Shown here one piece after another: positions 47,936-62,678 of a DNA stretch of 64,000 nt (position 1 is its first letter; the number at the start of each line of letters is the position of its first letter). The notes beneath the pieces are model-generated. The model saw nothing but the letters and a program-made list of their open reading frames with translations. It searched no databases and was not told the origin of the DNA. Position numbers and translations under genes: made by a program. This stretch comes from Acidobacteriota bacterium (GTDB taxonomy: Bacteria > Acidobacteriota > UBA6911 > JACQSX01): positions 1 to 64,000 of the forward strand of contig DASXQR010000060.1 in the NCBI GenBank assembly GCA_036507075.1, in the 5' to 3' direction.

Positions 47936-50900
47936 TTACGGCCTTCCGTTCTTCTGGCCCAGTTCTTTCAGCAGCTCTTGGACCGCTGTTTCAAGTTGGC
48001 GATCGCGGCCGACGAGATTATCTTCGGGCGTATTTTCAACCAGAATATCCGGGCGGACTCCGTAGTTTTCCATATTGGTACGCTTCGCATCGGCCAGGAA
48101 AACTCCTACGCCTGGAGTTCGTACCGTTGAACCGTCGATCAGTGAATAACTGCCCGTGCCGATCACCGCTCCCATGGTAGGTGTCCCGATGACCTTTCCT
48201 AACCCGAGCGCCCGGAAACCAGCCGGGAACATCTCCGCATTGGAGGCGGATCTCCAGTTTTGCAGCACTACTTTGGGACCGAAGAAGCCGGCAAACGGTC
48301 GGAGCGTCGGCTCGGTCCCGCGCGGTTGCCACACCTGGTACTGGCGCTGCACTAGAATTCCAAGCAGTTCCTGTTCGATGTTTCCGCCGCCGTTCCAACG
48401 TTCGTCAATGATGAGAGCCTCTTTGTTTCTGTTTTCTCGCAGTTCCTTCTCGAATTTGCGAAGTGAAGCCGGATTCATCGCCTGGATATGGAGATATCCG
48501 ATCCGTCCCACTGACAACTTATCGACCATCTCGCGGCGCGTTTTTACCCAGTGTTCGTACCGCAGTTGGCCGTAATCCTGCGAAGAAACCGGCTCAATGC
48601 GCGTCTTCCAGGCGGCCTCGGCAGCCGGTTTGTCATTGAAGGTAACATCGACCTTTCGATTCAGCCGGTAATTCAACAGCGGCCAGTAATTGTCACCCGC
48701 CCGGATTTCTTTGCCGTTAATCGCGATCAGGTAATTTCCGGGACCGACGCGCACCCAATCCTTGTCGGCCGGTCCATTTTCATAAACGTGAGAGACGCGG
48801 TAACGGCCGGCGTTTTCGTCGCTCACCAGCTCCAGTCCCAGATTTCCGCTGCTCACACCTGCTCCCCTGGAAAAAGGCGGAGGCGCCGCGCCTGTGTGGG
48901 ACGCATTCAGCTCCCCGATCATCTCGTTGATGATATTCAACAGTTCCTGACGATCGCCGACATGCTCCACCAGGGGTTGATACTTCGATTTCATGGCGTC
49001 CCAGTCATGGCCATGCATCTTGGGATCGTAGAAGCGGTATTTCATCGTGCGCCAGGCATCTTCGAACATCTCGGTCCATTCCTCAGGACGATCGACCTTT
49101 ACCTTGGCAACAAAGTTGACGCGGCGGCGCGCACCCTCGCCACCCCTGCCGGCGTCCGCAGTTCTGGAAATTTCCGTGGTGCGCGATGTGTCGCCTCCGC
49201 GTCCAAAGCCGATCCCCGAAAAACCACCGGCACCCGCGGAAGCAGGCATAGAAACGGAGTAAACCGATTTTCCCTCCTTGAAGAACAGGGATCTCCCGTC
49301 GCGAGAGAATCGAAAACCGGAAATCCCTTCTCCGAAACCGAAACGCTGAGGACTTCCGCCGTCCTCTGAAGCGGAGGCCGCTCCCGCGGTCACACGAGTG
49401 AGATTCCTCCCGTCATCTTTGATCGAGTAGATCACCGGCGTGGTACGCGTGCCCGACGGCTCGCTTGTCAAAAAGACAATCGTGCGACTGTCGGGAGCCA
49501 CGGCAAAAGTTCCGACAGCAAACGGCATGCGGGTGATCTGACGGGTTCGTCTCTTCAATCCGGGCCAGTCAATCTTGATTTCCCGCGCCGGCTGGTTGCG
49601 CAGTCCCTGCCTGCGGCTCTCTCCCTCCCGGACCGCTGACTCCGCGCCACTATCTGAGGGATCCGTCGATTCCAGACGCTCTTCGGGTTCATTGGGATCT
49701 CGCTCTTCCCGTTCGAGCGTAATCGCATAAATCTGGGAGGAAGCCGAACTGCCAAACGCGCCGCCGCCAAAACTCCCTTCTGAGCGGATAAAGAGCAGCT
49801 TGCGGCCGTCAGGAGAAAAGCGTGGATTGAAATCATTGTACGAGTCAAACGTGACCTTCCTCTCCTCACCCCCAGGCGAAGGGATCAGATAGATGTCTGA
49901 ATTACGGGTCGGGTCCGATTTGGAAAACGCGATCCAGCGCCCATCGGGAGACCATGCCGGCGCGCCGATGCTGCCGTACGGCGACGAGGACAGCTCCACG
50001 GTTTGTTTATTCTCCAGATTATACCTGCGCAGCTTGAGGTCCGAGGATGTGAAAGCGACCTCCTTTGACTGCGGCGACCAGGCAAAAGAGAATTTCAGGG
50101 CGTCCAGATCTGTGATTTTCTGCGGCTCTCCGGCGCCATCCGAGGCCGAGAGGTAGATCTCCTCGCGCCCGCTGCGGTCCGAGACATATGCGATCCACTT
50201 CCCGTCCGGAGAATACTGCGGATCTTTGTCGCGTGCCGGACCCTCGGTGATCTGCCTCAGATCCCCCTCTTCCACGGGAGCCGTGAATATCTCGCCATGA
50301 GTGGAAAGCACGATCCTTCGAACCGCGGGGGAAAGATCGTAATCGTCCAGTTCGGAGACAAAGTCGCGAACTTCGGTAAGATTCTCCTGAGTTTCCGCCG
50401 TGATATCGAACTTCAGCGGCGTGATTTTACGGCTCGGAAGATCCAGTTTCCATATGCCGAAATCGTGCTCGAACACGATCACCTTGCCGTCCGCGCTGAT
50501 TGCGGGCCAGCGCGCGTCTCCGCTGGTGAAACTGGTGACGCGTTCCGCTTTCCCGCCGTTTTCAGGCACCCGCCAGATATTTGTCAGGCCGGCGCCTTCG
50601 CGATCGCTCACGAAATAAATGTGCCCGTCGGTGCTCCACATAGGCCACGAATCGATTCCCTCAAAGTTGGTCAGCTCCGAAAATTTCCGGGCGGCGATGT
50701 CCATCACGGTAATGTCGGTCTGGTAGGCGCCGCGATAATACTTGCGCCAGTACTGCTGCGCCTTCCGATTGAGTGCCAGCTTTCGGCCGTCGGGCGAATA
50801 GCTGGCCCACACCCCCATATCGGCGCCCGCATTTCTCTCCCGCCTGTCGTCTATGGAAACCAGATACAACTTGCCCATGAAATCTTCGCCCCGATTGGTG

Positions 50901-51268
50901 GCAAAGAGTACGGCACGGGAATCCGGTGACCAGGCCAGAACCGTGTCGTCGGCTGAATGGAACGTCAGTTGTTTTGGAGTGCCGCCCGAGGACGGCACCA
51001 CAAATACGTCCAGGTTACCGTTGCGGTCGCTGGAGAACGCGATCCATTTGCCATCGGGAGAAAAACGCGGATACACGTCCCGTGCTTTGTGCACTGTAAC
51101 GCGCCGAAGATTCTGCCCATCCTCGTCCCCGGTCCAGATATCCCCAAGATAAGTGAACGCCACACGTCCCTGGTGGTAGTGAGGATAGCGAATCAGCTTT
51201 GCTTCGCGAGCCGACACAGACGCCGGCAATGACAACAAGAAAAATACGATGACACTGAGCTTTTTCAT
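47936..51268 (-). CDS. tricorn-like S41 family peptidase
   Basis: Signal peptide, PD40 repeats (PRFSPDGKWIAF), EMIGELNASH, PDZ, IDERWNGGG and catalytic SASNAE..IGTPTMG. Start set at MKKLS. Confidence 0.92.
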   Translation of the reverse strand: MKKLSVIVFFLLSLPASVSAREAKLIRYPHYHQGRVAFTYLGDIWTGDEDGQNLRRVTVHKARDVYPRFSPDGKWIAFSSDRNGNLDVFVVPSSGGTPKQLTFHSADDTVLAWSPDSRAVLFATNRGEDFMGKLYLVSIDDRRERNAGADMGVWASYSPDGRKLALNRKAQQYWRKYYRGAYQTDITVMDIAARKFSELTNFEGIDSWPMWSTDGHIYFVSDREGAGLTNIWRVPENGGKAERVTSFTSGDARWPAISADGKVIVFEHDFGIWKLDLPSRKITPLKFDITAETQENLTEVRDFVSELDDYDLSPAVRRIVLSTHGEIFTAPVEEGDLRQITEGPARDKDPQYSPDGKWIAYVSDRSGREEIYLSASDGAGEPQKITDLDALKFSFAWSPQSKEVAFTSSDLKLRRYNLENKQTVELSSSPYGSIGAPAWSPDGRWIAFSKSDPTRNSDIYLIPSPGGEERKVTFDSYNDFNPRFSPDGRKLLFIRSEGSFGGGAFGSSASSQIYAITLEREERDPNEPEERLESTDPSDSGAESAVREGESRRQGLRNQPAREIKIDWPGLKRRTRQITRMPFAVGTFAVAPDSRTIVFLTSEPSGTRTTPVIYSIKDDGRNLTRVTAGAASASEDGGSPQRFGFGEGISGFRFSRDGRSLFFKEGKSVYSVSMPASAGAGGFSGIGFGRGGDTSRTTEISRTADAGRGGEGARRRVNFVAKVKVDRPEEWTEMFEDAWRTMKYRFYDPKMHGHDWDAMKSKYQPLVEHVGDRQELLNIINEMIGELNASHTGAAPPPFSRGAGVSSGNLGLELVSDENAGRYRVSHVYENGPADKDWVRVGPGNYLIAINGKEIRAGDNYWPLLNYRLNRKVDVTFNDKPAAEAAWKTRIEPVSSQDYGQLRYEHWVKTRREMVDKLSVGRIGYLHIQAMNPASLRKFEKELRENRNKEALIIDERWNGGGNIEQELLGILVQRQYQVWQPRGTEPTLRPFAGFFGPKVVLQNWRSASNAEMFPAGFRALGLGKVIGTPTMGAVIGTGSYSLIDGSTVRTPGVGVFLADAKRTNMENYGVRPDILVENTPEDNLVGRDRQLETAVQELLKELGQKNGRP

Positions 51269-51596
51269 GGCACCCCCCAAAGCGCACCTTGCCGGCTTGT
51301 GCCCTTCAACCTGTGCCACTTTCAGTCACAGCGCGGCGCACGACTCAAATTTGATCCGTATCTCACTACCATAATACTTCTCGCCCGTACTGCACAAATG
51401 TTTGACGTTTTACGGAAATAATGACGCCTGGTGAAAAGTTTTCACATTCTGGAAGGTTGGTTTCAACCGGCATATCCGGACAGGATCACGGTAAACCGCT
51501 TGCGCGGAAAGAATTTACACCGCCGCGTACAAGGAAAGGCGTCCGGGATTTCGGAGATCTTCAAATGGGTCCCGAACTTGCTTTCAACTCCCTTGC

Positions 51597-51830
51597 ATGA
51601 CTGAAGCGTTAATGGAGCGGAGGAAGGAAAACTTGACCTGCAGATTTGTGAAAGGCGACCGCGTGCGGTCCGTTGTCCCCCCCGGTTTGGAAGGTGAAGT
51701 CACCGAATGGTGGGCGGACGGATTTAACAGCTCGCACAGAGTTTACGTCGTTGTCCGTGAGCAGAACGGAAACTGTTTTTGTGCCTCTCAGGACCACGTG
51801 GAACTTGTCGGGAATCGTAGCGCGGCTTAG
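51597..51830 (+). CDS. small hypothetical protein
   Basis: 77-aa ORF with SH3/KOW-like VKGDRVRSVVPPGLEGEV, convergent on the tRNA. Confidence 0.45.
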   Translation: MTEALMERRKENLTCRFVKGDRVRSVVPPGLEGEVTEWWADGFNSSHRVYVVVREQNGNCFCASQDHVELVGNRSAA

Positions 51831-51836
51831 GGGAAA

Positions 51837-51907
51837 CTGCCCGGCAAGGATTCGAACCTCGATAACCTGGTTCAGAGCCAGGCGTGTTGCCGTTACACCA
51901 CCGGGCA
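51837..51907 (-). tRNA. tRNA-Gln (anticodon CTG), CCA not encoded
   Basis: TGCCCGG/CCGGGCA acceptor stem, TGGTGTAACGGCAACA D-arm, CCTGG-CTCTGAA-CCAGG anticodon arm and GGTTCGAATCC T-arm. Confidence 0.96.
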
Positions 51908-52101
51908 GCACAAGAAATTCACAACAATTTAGCATTTAGATTTTAAGCAAAACTTCCCGCCAACTCAAGAAACGCTACCCAAATGCGGATTTTCGAATGC
52001 GGAATAGCCCAGTAATTTGTTCTTGCAGCTTAGCTTGAATCGTTCCGAATTCCTCGTTCCGCATTCCGCATTCCAAATTCCGCATTCCGCATTTGTCCCC
52101 T

Positions 52102-52533
52102 TTAGCCACCCATGCGGCTTATGCCGGATTTGCTTGCCACCTGCAAACGGTTGACCGCTTTTTCAAGGGCGATGCGGGCGCGCTCAAAATCAACGTCCGG
52201 ATCCTTGGATTTGAGTCGGTTTTCTGCCCGTTCCTTGGACTGTTCGGCCCTCGACACGTCAATGTCTTCGGGTCGTTCGGCAATCTCGGCAAGCACAGAC
52301 ACGCGGTCGGGCAGGACTTCCAGAAAGCCCCAGGAGCAGAAAAGATAAGTCCGTTTGTCTCCCTGCCGGTACATGATCTCTCCAATCTTCAATTCCGAGA
52401 GAAGCGGGGCATGACCCGGCAGAATCCCCAGATAGCCTTCCACTCCGGGAACCGACACTTCATCCACGTCGCCGGAAAACAGCAGCCGGTCGGGTGAAAC
52501 GATTTCAAGTCTTATTTTTTCAGGCAGAGCCAT
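52102..52533 (-). CDS. atpC: F1 ATP synthase epsilon subunit
   Basis: LEIVSPDR..PGVEGYLGILPGHAPL motif. Confidence 0.96.
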   Translation of the reverse strand: MALPEKIRLEIVSPDRLLFSGDVDEVSVPGVEGYLGILPGHAPLLSELKIGEIMYRQGDKRTYLFCSWGFLEVLPDRVSVLAEIAERPEDIDVSRAEQSKERAENRLKSKDPDVDFERARIALEKAVNRLQVASKSGISRMGG

Positions 52534-52604
52534 GTGTTGTTACGCTTTCAACATAATTGGAGCCAACCAGGTCAGTACCACGTTCTGCCTTCCGCTTTCC
52601 GCTT

Positions 52605-54065
<1,461 letters not shown>

Positions 54066-54370
54066 TCAAACCTCGATTCTCCACTTCGTTACGGGTTTTC
54101 GGGTTAACGGGTTACGGGTTAACGGGTAACGGGTTACGGGTTTTCGGGTTGCGAGTTGCGGGTTTTCGGGTTGCGAGTTGCGGGTTTGCAGTCAACCCAC
54201 CGCTCATTGATCCCTCGACCTCCATGGAAAACTCCTAACCCAGAACCCGAAACTCGAAAACTCGAAAATTCGCAACCCGAAACCACAACTCGAAAACCCG
54301 CAACCCGTAACCCGCAACTCCAAAACCTGTAACCCGTAAACCCGCGACCCGAAAACCCGCCAACCCGCAA

Positions 54371-55237
54371 CTATTCGGCGAGCGCATTTGCGCCGCTGAC
54401 GATTTCGATAATTTCCTTGGTGATTGTCGCCTGGCGAATTCGGTTCATATTGAGCGTCAGCCTCTCGATCATGTCCTTGGCGTTGGAAGTCGCCGCGTCC
54501 ATGGCCGCCATGCGCGCCCCATGTTCAGAGGCGGCAGATTCCAGCAAAGCGCGGAAAATCTGCACTTCAACGTGGCGCGGCACCAGGTGGCTGAAGATCA
54601 CCTGGGGCTCCTGCTCGTAGATATAGTCGAGGCTGACGCCGGTCTTTTCCTCGATATCGTGGATCTCGCCGATGGGCAGCAGCTTTTCAACCACGATGCG
54701 CTGCTGGATGACCGACTTGAACTCGTTGTAAACGAGATGCACTTCGTCCAGTGTTTCGGCCTCGTACTGTTCGATCACCGACCTGGCCACGCGGCGCGCT
54801 TCCTGGTAATCAATCCTGGCCATTACATTGATGTAGTGTTCGCGGATCTTGTATGGGCGGCGCTTGAAATAGTCATAGCCCTTCCGTCCGACGGCGGTGA
54901 GCTGCAGCTCAGAATTGGAATGCTGTGTCAGGAACAAGCTTGCCGCCTTCACGATATTGGTATTGAAGGCCCCGCACAAGCCTTTATCGGCGGTAATCAC
55001 CACCACCAGAATCCGATCTGACCCGCGCCGCTTCAAAAGCGGATGTTCTTTGTCTTCGACGCGTGTAATCACGCTGTTCAGCACGGCCAGCATCCGGTTG
55101 GCATAGGGGCGCGCCGCGATGATCCGGTCCTGGGCGCGCTTCAGTTTGCTGGCGGAGACAAACTTCATTGCGCGGGTGGTTTTCTGAATATTTTTGACGC
55201 TCCGGATGCGCCTGCGGACGTCCCTTAAGTTTGGCAT
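54371..55237 (-). CDS. atpG: F1 ATP synthase gamma subunit
   Basis: RIRSVKNIQKTTRAMK, DKGLCGAFN, SEHGARM and RQATITKEI motifs. Confidence 0.97.
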   Translation of the reverse strand: MPNLRDVRRRIRSVKNIQKTTRAMKFVSASKLKRAQDRIIAARPYANRMLAVLNSVITRVEDKEHPLLKRRGSDRILVVVITADKGLCGAFNTNIVKAASLFLTQHSNSELQLTAVGRKGYDYFKRRPYKIREHYINVMARIDYQEARRVARSVIEQYEAETLDEVHLVYNEFKSVIQQRIVVEKLLPIGEIHDIEEKTGVSLDYIYEQEPQVIFSHLVPRHVEVQIFRALLESAASEHGARMAAMDAATSNAKDMIERLTLNMNRIRQATITKEIIEIVSGANALAE

Positions 55238-55613
55238 CGGTTCAATAATCCAAAGGGGTGCAGCCGAAACCGCGACTAAGAACCCGGGAATAATTGCGGA
55301 TTTCGGAATGCGGAACCTTGGACAAATGCGGATTTCGGAATGCGGAATGCGGAATAAAAAAACATGATCGGCCGGTGACTCTGACTTTCATCTCTTATTC
55401 TATGCGCGTATCCCGCATTCTTTACAGCCTGCCCAATCCTCACTCCGCGTTCGACATTCCGAATTCCGCATTCCCAATTCCACATTCCCAATTCTGCATT
55501 CCACATACCACATTCGGCATTCCGCATTCCGCATTCTACATTCCGCATTCTCAAGGTACTCTGAGTATCCTGCTTGAACTGCAGCATTTGCCACCCAGCT
55601 CAACAGCGTTTGT

Positions 55614-57684
<2,071 letters not shown>

Positions 57685-57685
<1 letters not shown>

Positions 57686-58383
57686 TACCTTATCGCCTCC
57701 ACTTCCGAGACGAACTTTTTCAGCATGCGTTCCTGGTCGTTTTGATCTATGTTTTTCCTGATGATATCGCCCGCCAGTTCGACGCTCAATTTGCCGGCAT
57801 AACGTCTCAGCTCCTTCTGTGCCGATTTCACCATACCATCGACCTCCCTGCGAGCTACTGCCAGAATCTTCTCGGATTCCTGGCGCGCCAATTCCTCGAG
57901 CCGGTGAGCCTCGTCGAGTATCTCCTGTTCCGATCTGGCCCGAATTTCGGCGAGCTGCTCTTCGATACGGTTCATGCGAAGCTCAATTTCCTGGATCTTG
58001 CTTTCCGCTTCCCGCAGGCGGCGCGCGGCCTCAGCCAGTTTGCGGTGAATTTCCTGGCGCCGCTGTTCAAAAAAAGCCCCCGCCGGCTTTCGTACCAAAT
58101 AAATCAACCCACCGAAAAGAAGGAACAGGTTAAAGAAGCGACCGACCGTCTCCCAGACGCCCCAGCCCGCTTCCGCCTCCGCGGCTGTTTCGGCAGCAAA
58201 CACCGGCGCCGCACAAAGAAAAACCACAGCACCTTGTACAAGAATCGAACGTCGAACTAAGGTTTTCAAACTACTGCACCAATCTGTTTTCGTCAGCGTA
58301 GACGTAGCCGTAGACGTTGACGTGGTCGTGCACGTAGACGTCCTTCTCTTTGAGGCCTTTGGCCTGGACCTCTGGGAATTCAT
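57685..58383 (-). CDS. atpF: F0 ATP synthase subunit b (start uncertain)
   Basis: TM FFNLFLLFGGLIYLVRKP followed by a long coiled coil, plus operon position. The N-terminal ~35 codons include a repeat. Confidence 0.85.
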
Positions 58384-58811
58384 CCTATCTCACGCCCCAA
58401 AATAGCTCGCCCGATTTGCACCGCAATCTGCCTTGCCTCAGATTCGAGAGGCGCCTTCAGTTTTTCCATCTGAGTCGATATTTCCTTCCTGGAGTCGGCA
58501 ATCATCTGGTCCGCCTTTTTACGGGTCTCAGCGATGGCCTGTGCCCGGCGGGCAATCGCTTCATTACGGCGTTGTTCCTGAAGGCGATAACTTTCAGACT
58601 TCTGCTTACGGACTCGATTTTCGTAATCCTCGCTGAGCCGGCGGTAACGTTCCAGAAGCCGTTCGGACTCTTCAAGCTGCCCCGTTGTGCGCGCTTCGCG
58701 CTCCTTCATTATTCGTATGAACGGCTTGAAGAGAATCGCGTTCAAACAGAAAAGAGTAAACAGGAAAATGCCTGCCGCCGCGAGCAGCTCGTAAAGGTGG
58801 ATTTCAATCAT
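58380..58811 (-). CDS. F0 ATP synthase subunit b'
   Basis: MIEIHL..IFLFTLFCLNAILFKPFIRIMKERE followed by coiled coil and terminal ILGREI. Start set at 58811. Confidence 0.85.
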   Translation of the reverse strand: MIEIHLYELLAAAGIFLFTLFCLNAILFKPFIRIMKEREARTTGQLEESERLLERYRRLSEDYENRVRKQKSESYRLQEQRRNEAIARRAQAIAETRKKADQMIADSRKEISTQMEKLKAPLESEARQIAVQIGRAILGREIG

Positions 58812-59360
58812 CGCAAGTTTCGGGTTCTGCACCCCGGGGCAAGCCAAGAGCAACCGCCTCGGATCGATCCTAAACGCAAATACAAAAAGAAGTTTTGTAG
58901 CACAAAAGCGGGCTAAAGGGAAAGTGTTCTGAGGATTACAAAAACTAACTTTCGGAATAAGGGTCAGAGGGGAAGCTGGCCGCCATCGGGAAAAAGACTT
59001 CACCACAGAGGCGCAGCCCGGCCGTAGGCCGCAACGACAGACCTCAACGATAGACGTCAACAACCACCTCCACGCTAACGAAGAAAAACTCGCAAGCTTA
59101 CCAGCAGCACGGTTAGGGATGCCAGGAGGCAACTCCTCGAACGCATCCTGTCGAAGTTGACCAAAATGATTAAGCTCTAAATCCCTCAAGCAGCTTGGAC
59201 GTGTTCCGTGGACATTGACGTGCACGTGGCCGTAGACGGATAAACGTCGACGTTGACGCGGTCGGTTTTGTCTTCTGAAATCTTGTCACAACGGACCACT
59301 GACAACGGACAATCCCGTGCCCCTTTGTGTCCTTTGCGTCTTTGTGGTTTGATACCCGGT

Positions 59361-61565
59361 ATGTCTAAGAACCTCCCGCTCTCCAGGCGCGAGTTTGCCG
59401 CTGCCCTTCTCGCCGGCGGCGCTGTTGCAGCCCGAACTTACGCTTTCCCTCAGTCTGCGGTAAGCCCCGCTGCCGGCCCGGGATGGTTTGACCGCCCCAT
59501 GCGGTGGGCTCAACTGACGTTGGTGGAAAACGATCCCGGGAGCTACGATCCGCAGTTCTGGCTTAACTATTTCAAGCGCACGCACTCGGATGCCGCCTGC
59601 TTGAGTGCCGGCGGCGTGGTGGCTTATTACCCGACGCAGATCGCTCTCCATCACCGCAGCGCCTGGATGCGTGATAGCGATCCGTTCGGAGAGCTGCTTG
59701 CCGGCTGCCGCAGGATGGGAATGAACGTGATCGCCCGCACGGATCCGCATGCCACACACCAGCAAACCTATGAGGCGCATCCCGACTGGATCGCAGTAGA
59801 CGCGGAAGGCCGAAGGCGGCGCCACTGGGCATCTCCCGAGCTTTGGGTTACATGCGCATTGGGGCCTTATAACTTTGAGTTCATGACCGCGGTGCATCGG
59901 GAGATTATGACGCTGTATCGAGTCGATGGAATCTTTTCCAACCGCTGGGCGGGCTCGGGAATGTGCTACTGCGAACATTGCCGGAAGAACTTCGCCGAAG
60001 CGACCGGCATGAAGCTTCCCCGCACCGCCGATCCGCAGGACCCGGAGCGCCGCCAATACATTCTCTGGCGGCAGCAGAGACTATTTCAGTTATGGGACCT
60101 CTGGGATTCCGAAATACGCAAAGTCAATCCCAACGCGCGATTCATTGCCAATTCGGGCGGCGGCGCCCTGAGCGACCTCGACATGAAAGAAATCGGACAG
60201 CGCGCCAGTATTTTGTTTGCCGACCGGCAGGCCCGGCGCGGCCTGGCAGTCCCCTGGGCCAACGGCAAGAACGCAAAGGAGTATCGCTCGACACTGGGAC
60301 GTAAACCGGTGGGCGGCATCTTCAGCGTCGGGGTGGAAGAGCCCTATCGATGGAAGGACTCGGTGCAGAGCGAAGCGGAAATCCGCATCTGGGTGGCCGA
60401 CGGCATCGCGCACGGCATGCGTCCCTGGTTCACTAAGTTCTCGGGGACGCTTTACGACCGGCGATGGCTCAACATCGTCGAACACATTTATGACCGGCAT
60501 TATCGCGCCCAGCGCTACCTGCGAAATGAGACCCCGCTGGCTCGTGTAGGCCTGGTCTACTCACAGCAGACAGCCTGGTTCTACGGCGGGCCGCGAGCGC
60601 AACAGAAAGTGGAGGATCATTCCCTGGGTATGTATCAGGCTCTGGTTGAGGCACGCATTCCATTCGAAATGGTGCATGACCATCTGCTGGATCCCGAGCA
60701 CACAGGCTCTTTCAAACTGCTGATCTTGCCGAACGTGGCCGCACTTTCGGATCTCCAGTGCGAGCAGCTTCGAGCTTTCGCCGGAAATGGAGGCAGTATT
60801 CTGGCAACTTTCGAAACATCGCTCTATGACCAGTGGGGAGTGCGGCGCAAGGATTTCGGCCTGGCTGATCTTTTCGGCGTCACCTACCAGGGGCGGCTGG
60901 ACGGACCGATGCAGAACTCCTATCTGAGCGTCCGGAAAGATCCCGTTACTGGAAAGTACCATCCGGTGCTGCGAGAGCTGGAAGACACCCCGCGGATCAT
61001 CAACGGTGTCTGGCGTGTTGTCGTGGAAGGGACAGGAAAATTTCCCAGCCCTCCGCTGACCCTGATTCCCACATACCCGGACCTCCCGATGGAGATGGTT
61101 TATCCTCGCGTCAAGGACTCAGACAAGCCCGAGCTGTATCTGCGTGAAAATGGAAAGAGCCGGATTGCGTATTTCCCATGGGATGCTGATCGAACATTCT
61201 GGGAAGTGCTGTCGGTGGATCACGGAAAACTGCTGCGCAATGTAATTGACTGGTCCACGAATGAAGAACGACCGGTAAGCGTGACGGGTCCGGGAGTAAT
61301 CGACGTCGCCTTCTGGAAACAGAAGGATTCAATGACCGTGCACCTGGTGAATCTTACAAACCCGATGATGATGAAGGGCCCGTTTCGTGAATTGATTCCG
61401 GTGGGCGAACAAAAGGTTCGACTGAAGCTGCCATTGGGCACCAGACCACGGAGAGTACAGCTTCTCTCAGGGGCCAGCATTCCATCGGTTACCGAGTCGA
61501 ACGGTTATATAAATATCACTGTGCCCTCGGTGCTCGATCACGAGATCGTTGCGATTGACATATAA
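59361..61565 (+). CDS. Tat-exported putative glycoside hydrolase (GHL6/GH42-like with beta-galactosidase trimerization domain)
   Basis: Twin-arginine LSRREF, GGVVAYYPT, CYCEHC cluster and GATase-like LLILPNVAALSD..GGSILAT. Confidence 0.82.
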   Translation: MSKNLPLSRREFAAALLAGGAVAARTYAFPQSAVSPAAGPGWFDRPMRWAQLTLVENDPGSYDPQFWLNYFKRTHSDAACLSAGGVVAYYPTQIALHHRSAWMRDSDPFGELLAGCRRMGMNVIARTDPHATHQQTYEAHPDWIAVDAEGRRRRHWASPELWVTCALGPYNFEFMTAVHREIMTLYRVDGIFSNRWAGSGMCYCEHCRKNFAEATGMKLPRTADPQDPERRQYILWRQQRLFQLWDLWDSEIRKVNPNARFIANSGGGALSDLDMKEIGQRASILFADRQARRGLAVPWANGKNAKEYRSTLGRKPVGGIFSVGVEEPYRWKDSVQSEAEIRIWVADGIAHGMRPWFTKFSGTLYDRRWLNIVEHIYDRHYRAQRYLRNETPLARVGLVYSQQTAWFYGGPRAQQKVEDHSLGMYQALVEARIPFEMVHDHLLDPEHTGSFKLLILPNVAALSDLQCEQLRAFAGNGGSILATFETSLYDQWGVRRKDFGLADLFGVTYQGRLDGPMQNSYLSVRKDPVTGKYHPVLRELEDTPRIINGVWRVVVEGTGKFPSPPLTLIPTYPDLPMEMVYPRVKDSDKPELYLRENGKSRIAYFPWDADRTFWEVLSVDHGKLLRNVIDWSTNEERPVSVTGPGVIDVAFWKQKDSMTVHLVNLTNPMMMKGPFRELIPVGEQKVRLKLPLGTRPRRVQLLSGASIPSVTESNGYINITVPSVLDHEIVAIDI

Positions 61566-61604
61566 GGGCAGCGAAGTGAAACCGCGAAGGCGCGAAAGCG
61601 CGAA

Positions 61605-62531
61605 ATGAATGAGATGAACATCGATCTTTCTCAATACCATCATCCGGTGGGCAACAACTTCAAGCTTCCTTCGACGCCCGAAGAATGGAACCGCTGCCTT
61701 CTGAGCCAGGATCAGATCAATTTTTATCGGGATAACGGATATCTCGCCGGGATTCGAATTCTGACCGACAAGCAGGTGGAAACATTGCGCGCAGAACTCG
61801 CTTCGCTGGTCGACGGCTCCCATCCCAACCGGCATCTTTTCTACGAATACCATTCCAACGAATCGACCGATCCTTCCAGGGTGCTCTTTCACGCGCTGGG
61901 CGCGTGGCGCATTACCCCCGGCTTTCATGACATATTGTGGAGTCCCGCCTTCACCGTCGCAGCGTCTCAGTTGCTGGACGGACCCGTCCGCTTCTGGCAT
62001 GATCAACTTTTCTGCAAACCGGCGCGCCACGGCGGTGTCGTCTCCTGGCACCAGGACTATTCTTACTGGACGCGGACACAACCGCTGGCGCATCTGACCT
62101 GCTGGATCGGGCTGGACGACGCCACAGTTGAAAACGGCTGCCTGCAATATATTCCCGGCAGCCATCACTGGGACCTGCTGCCCATCACCGGCCTGGCGGG
62201 GGAAATGGACGCCATTAGAAAAGTGCTCACAGAAGAGCAAGTAGCCGCCTTCAAGCCGGTTGCAATCGAGCTCAAGAAGGGTGAGTGCGCCTTCCATCAT
62301 CCGCGCATGATCCACGGCTCTTCAGAGAATCGAACAGAACGGCCGCGCCGGGCGACGGTGATCAACGTCTTTCGCGACGGTGTCCGGTCAGCGTCAAATG
62401 ATCCGTTATTAGAAGGGGTGCCGGCAATCCCCAGCGGCGAAAAGATGGGCGGTCAATTCTTTCCGCTGCTGTTTGACCCGGAGGAGGTATTTGGGAGGGA
62501 TGGGGAATCACCGGGACCTAAAACCAAATAA
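61605..62531 (+). CDS. phytanoyl-CoA dioxygenase family protein
   Basis: [25 protein letters not shown] and HGSSEN..RR motifs. Confidence 0.92.
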   Translation: MNEMNIDLSQYHHPVGNNFKLPSTPEEWNRCLLSQDQINFYRDNGYLAGIRILTDKQVETLRAELASLVDGSHPNRHLFYEYHSNESTDPSRVLFHALGAWRITPGFHDILWSPAFTVAASQLLDGPVRFWHDQLFCKPARHGGVVSWHQDYSYWTRTQPLAHLTCWIGLDDATVENGCLQYIPGSHHWDLLPITGLAGEMDAIRKVLTEEQVAAFKPVAIELKKGECAFHHPRMIHGSSENRTERPRRATVINVFRDGVRSASNDPLLEGVPAIPSGEKMGGQFFPLLFDPEEVFGRDGESPGPKTK

Positions 62532-62678
62532 AAAGCCGTCTACGTTCACGTGCACCACCACGTCAATGATCACGCTCCACGTCCACGGTGACGAAAGACG
62601 TTCACAGCGACGCGTAGACGTTTTCCGTTGATTTAGTCGTCACGACTGTCCAAATCGGCTTCAGGATTACAAGAAAAA

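Noticed and set aside
51320..51907. tRNA-anchored genomic island
   Set aside because: No integrase and no duplicated tRNA 3' end seen in the window.
58812..59360. N-terminal extensions of the b' ORF (to 59225) and the hydrolase ORF (from 59253)
   Set aside because: They run through dispersed repeats. Better starts exist at 58811 and 59361.
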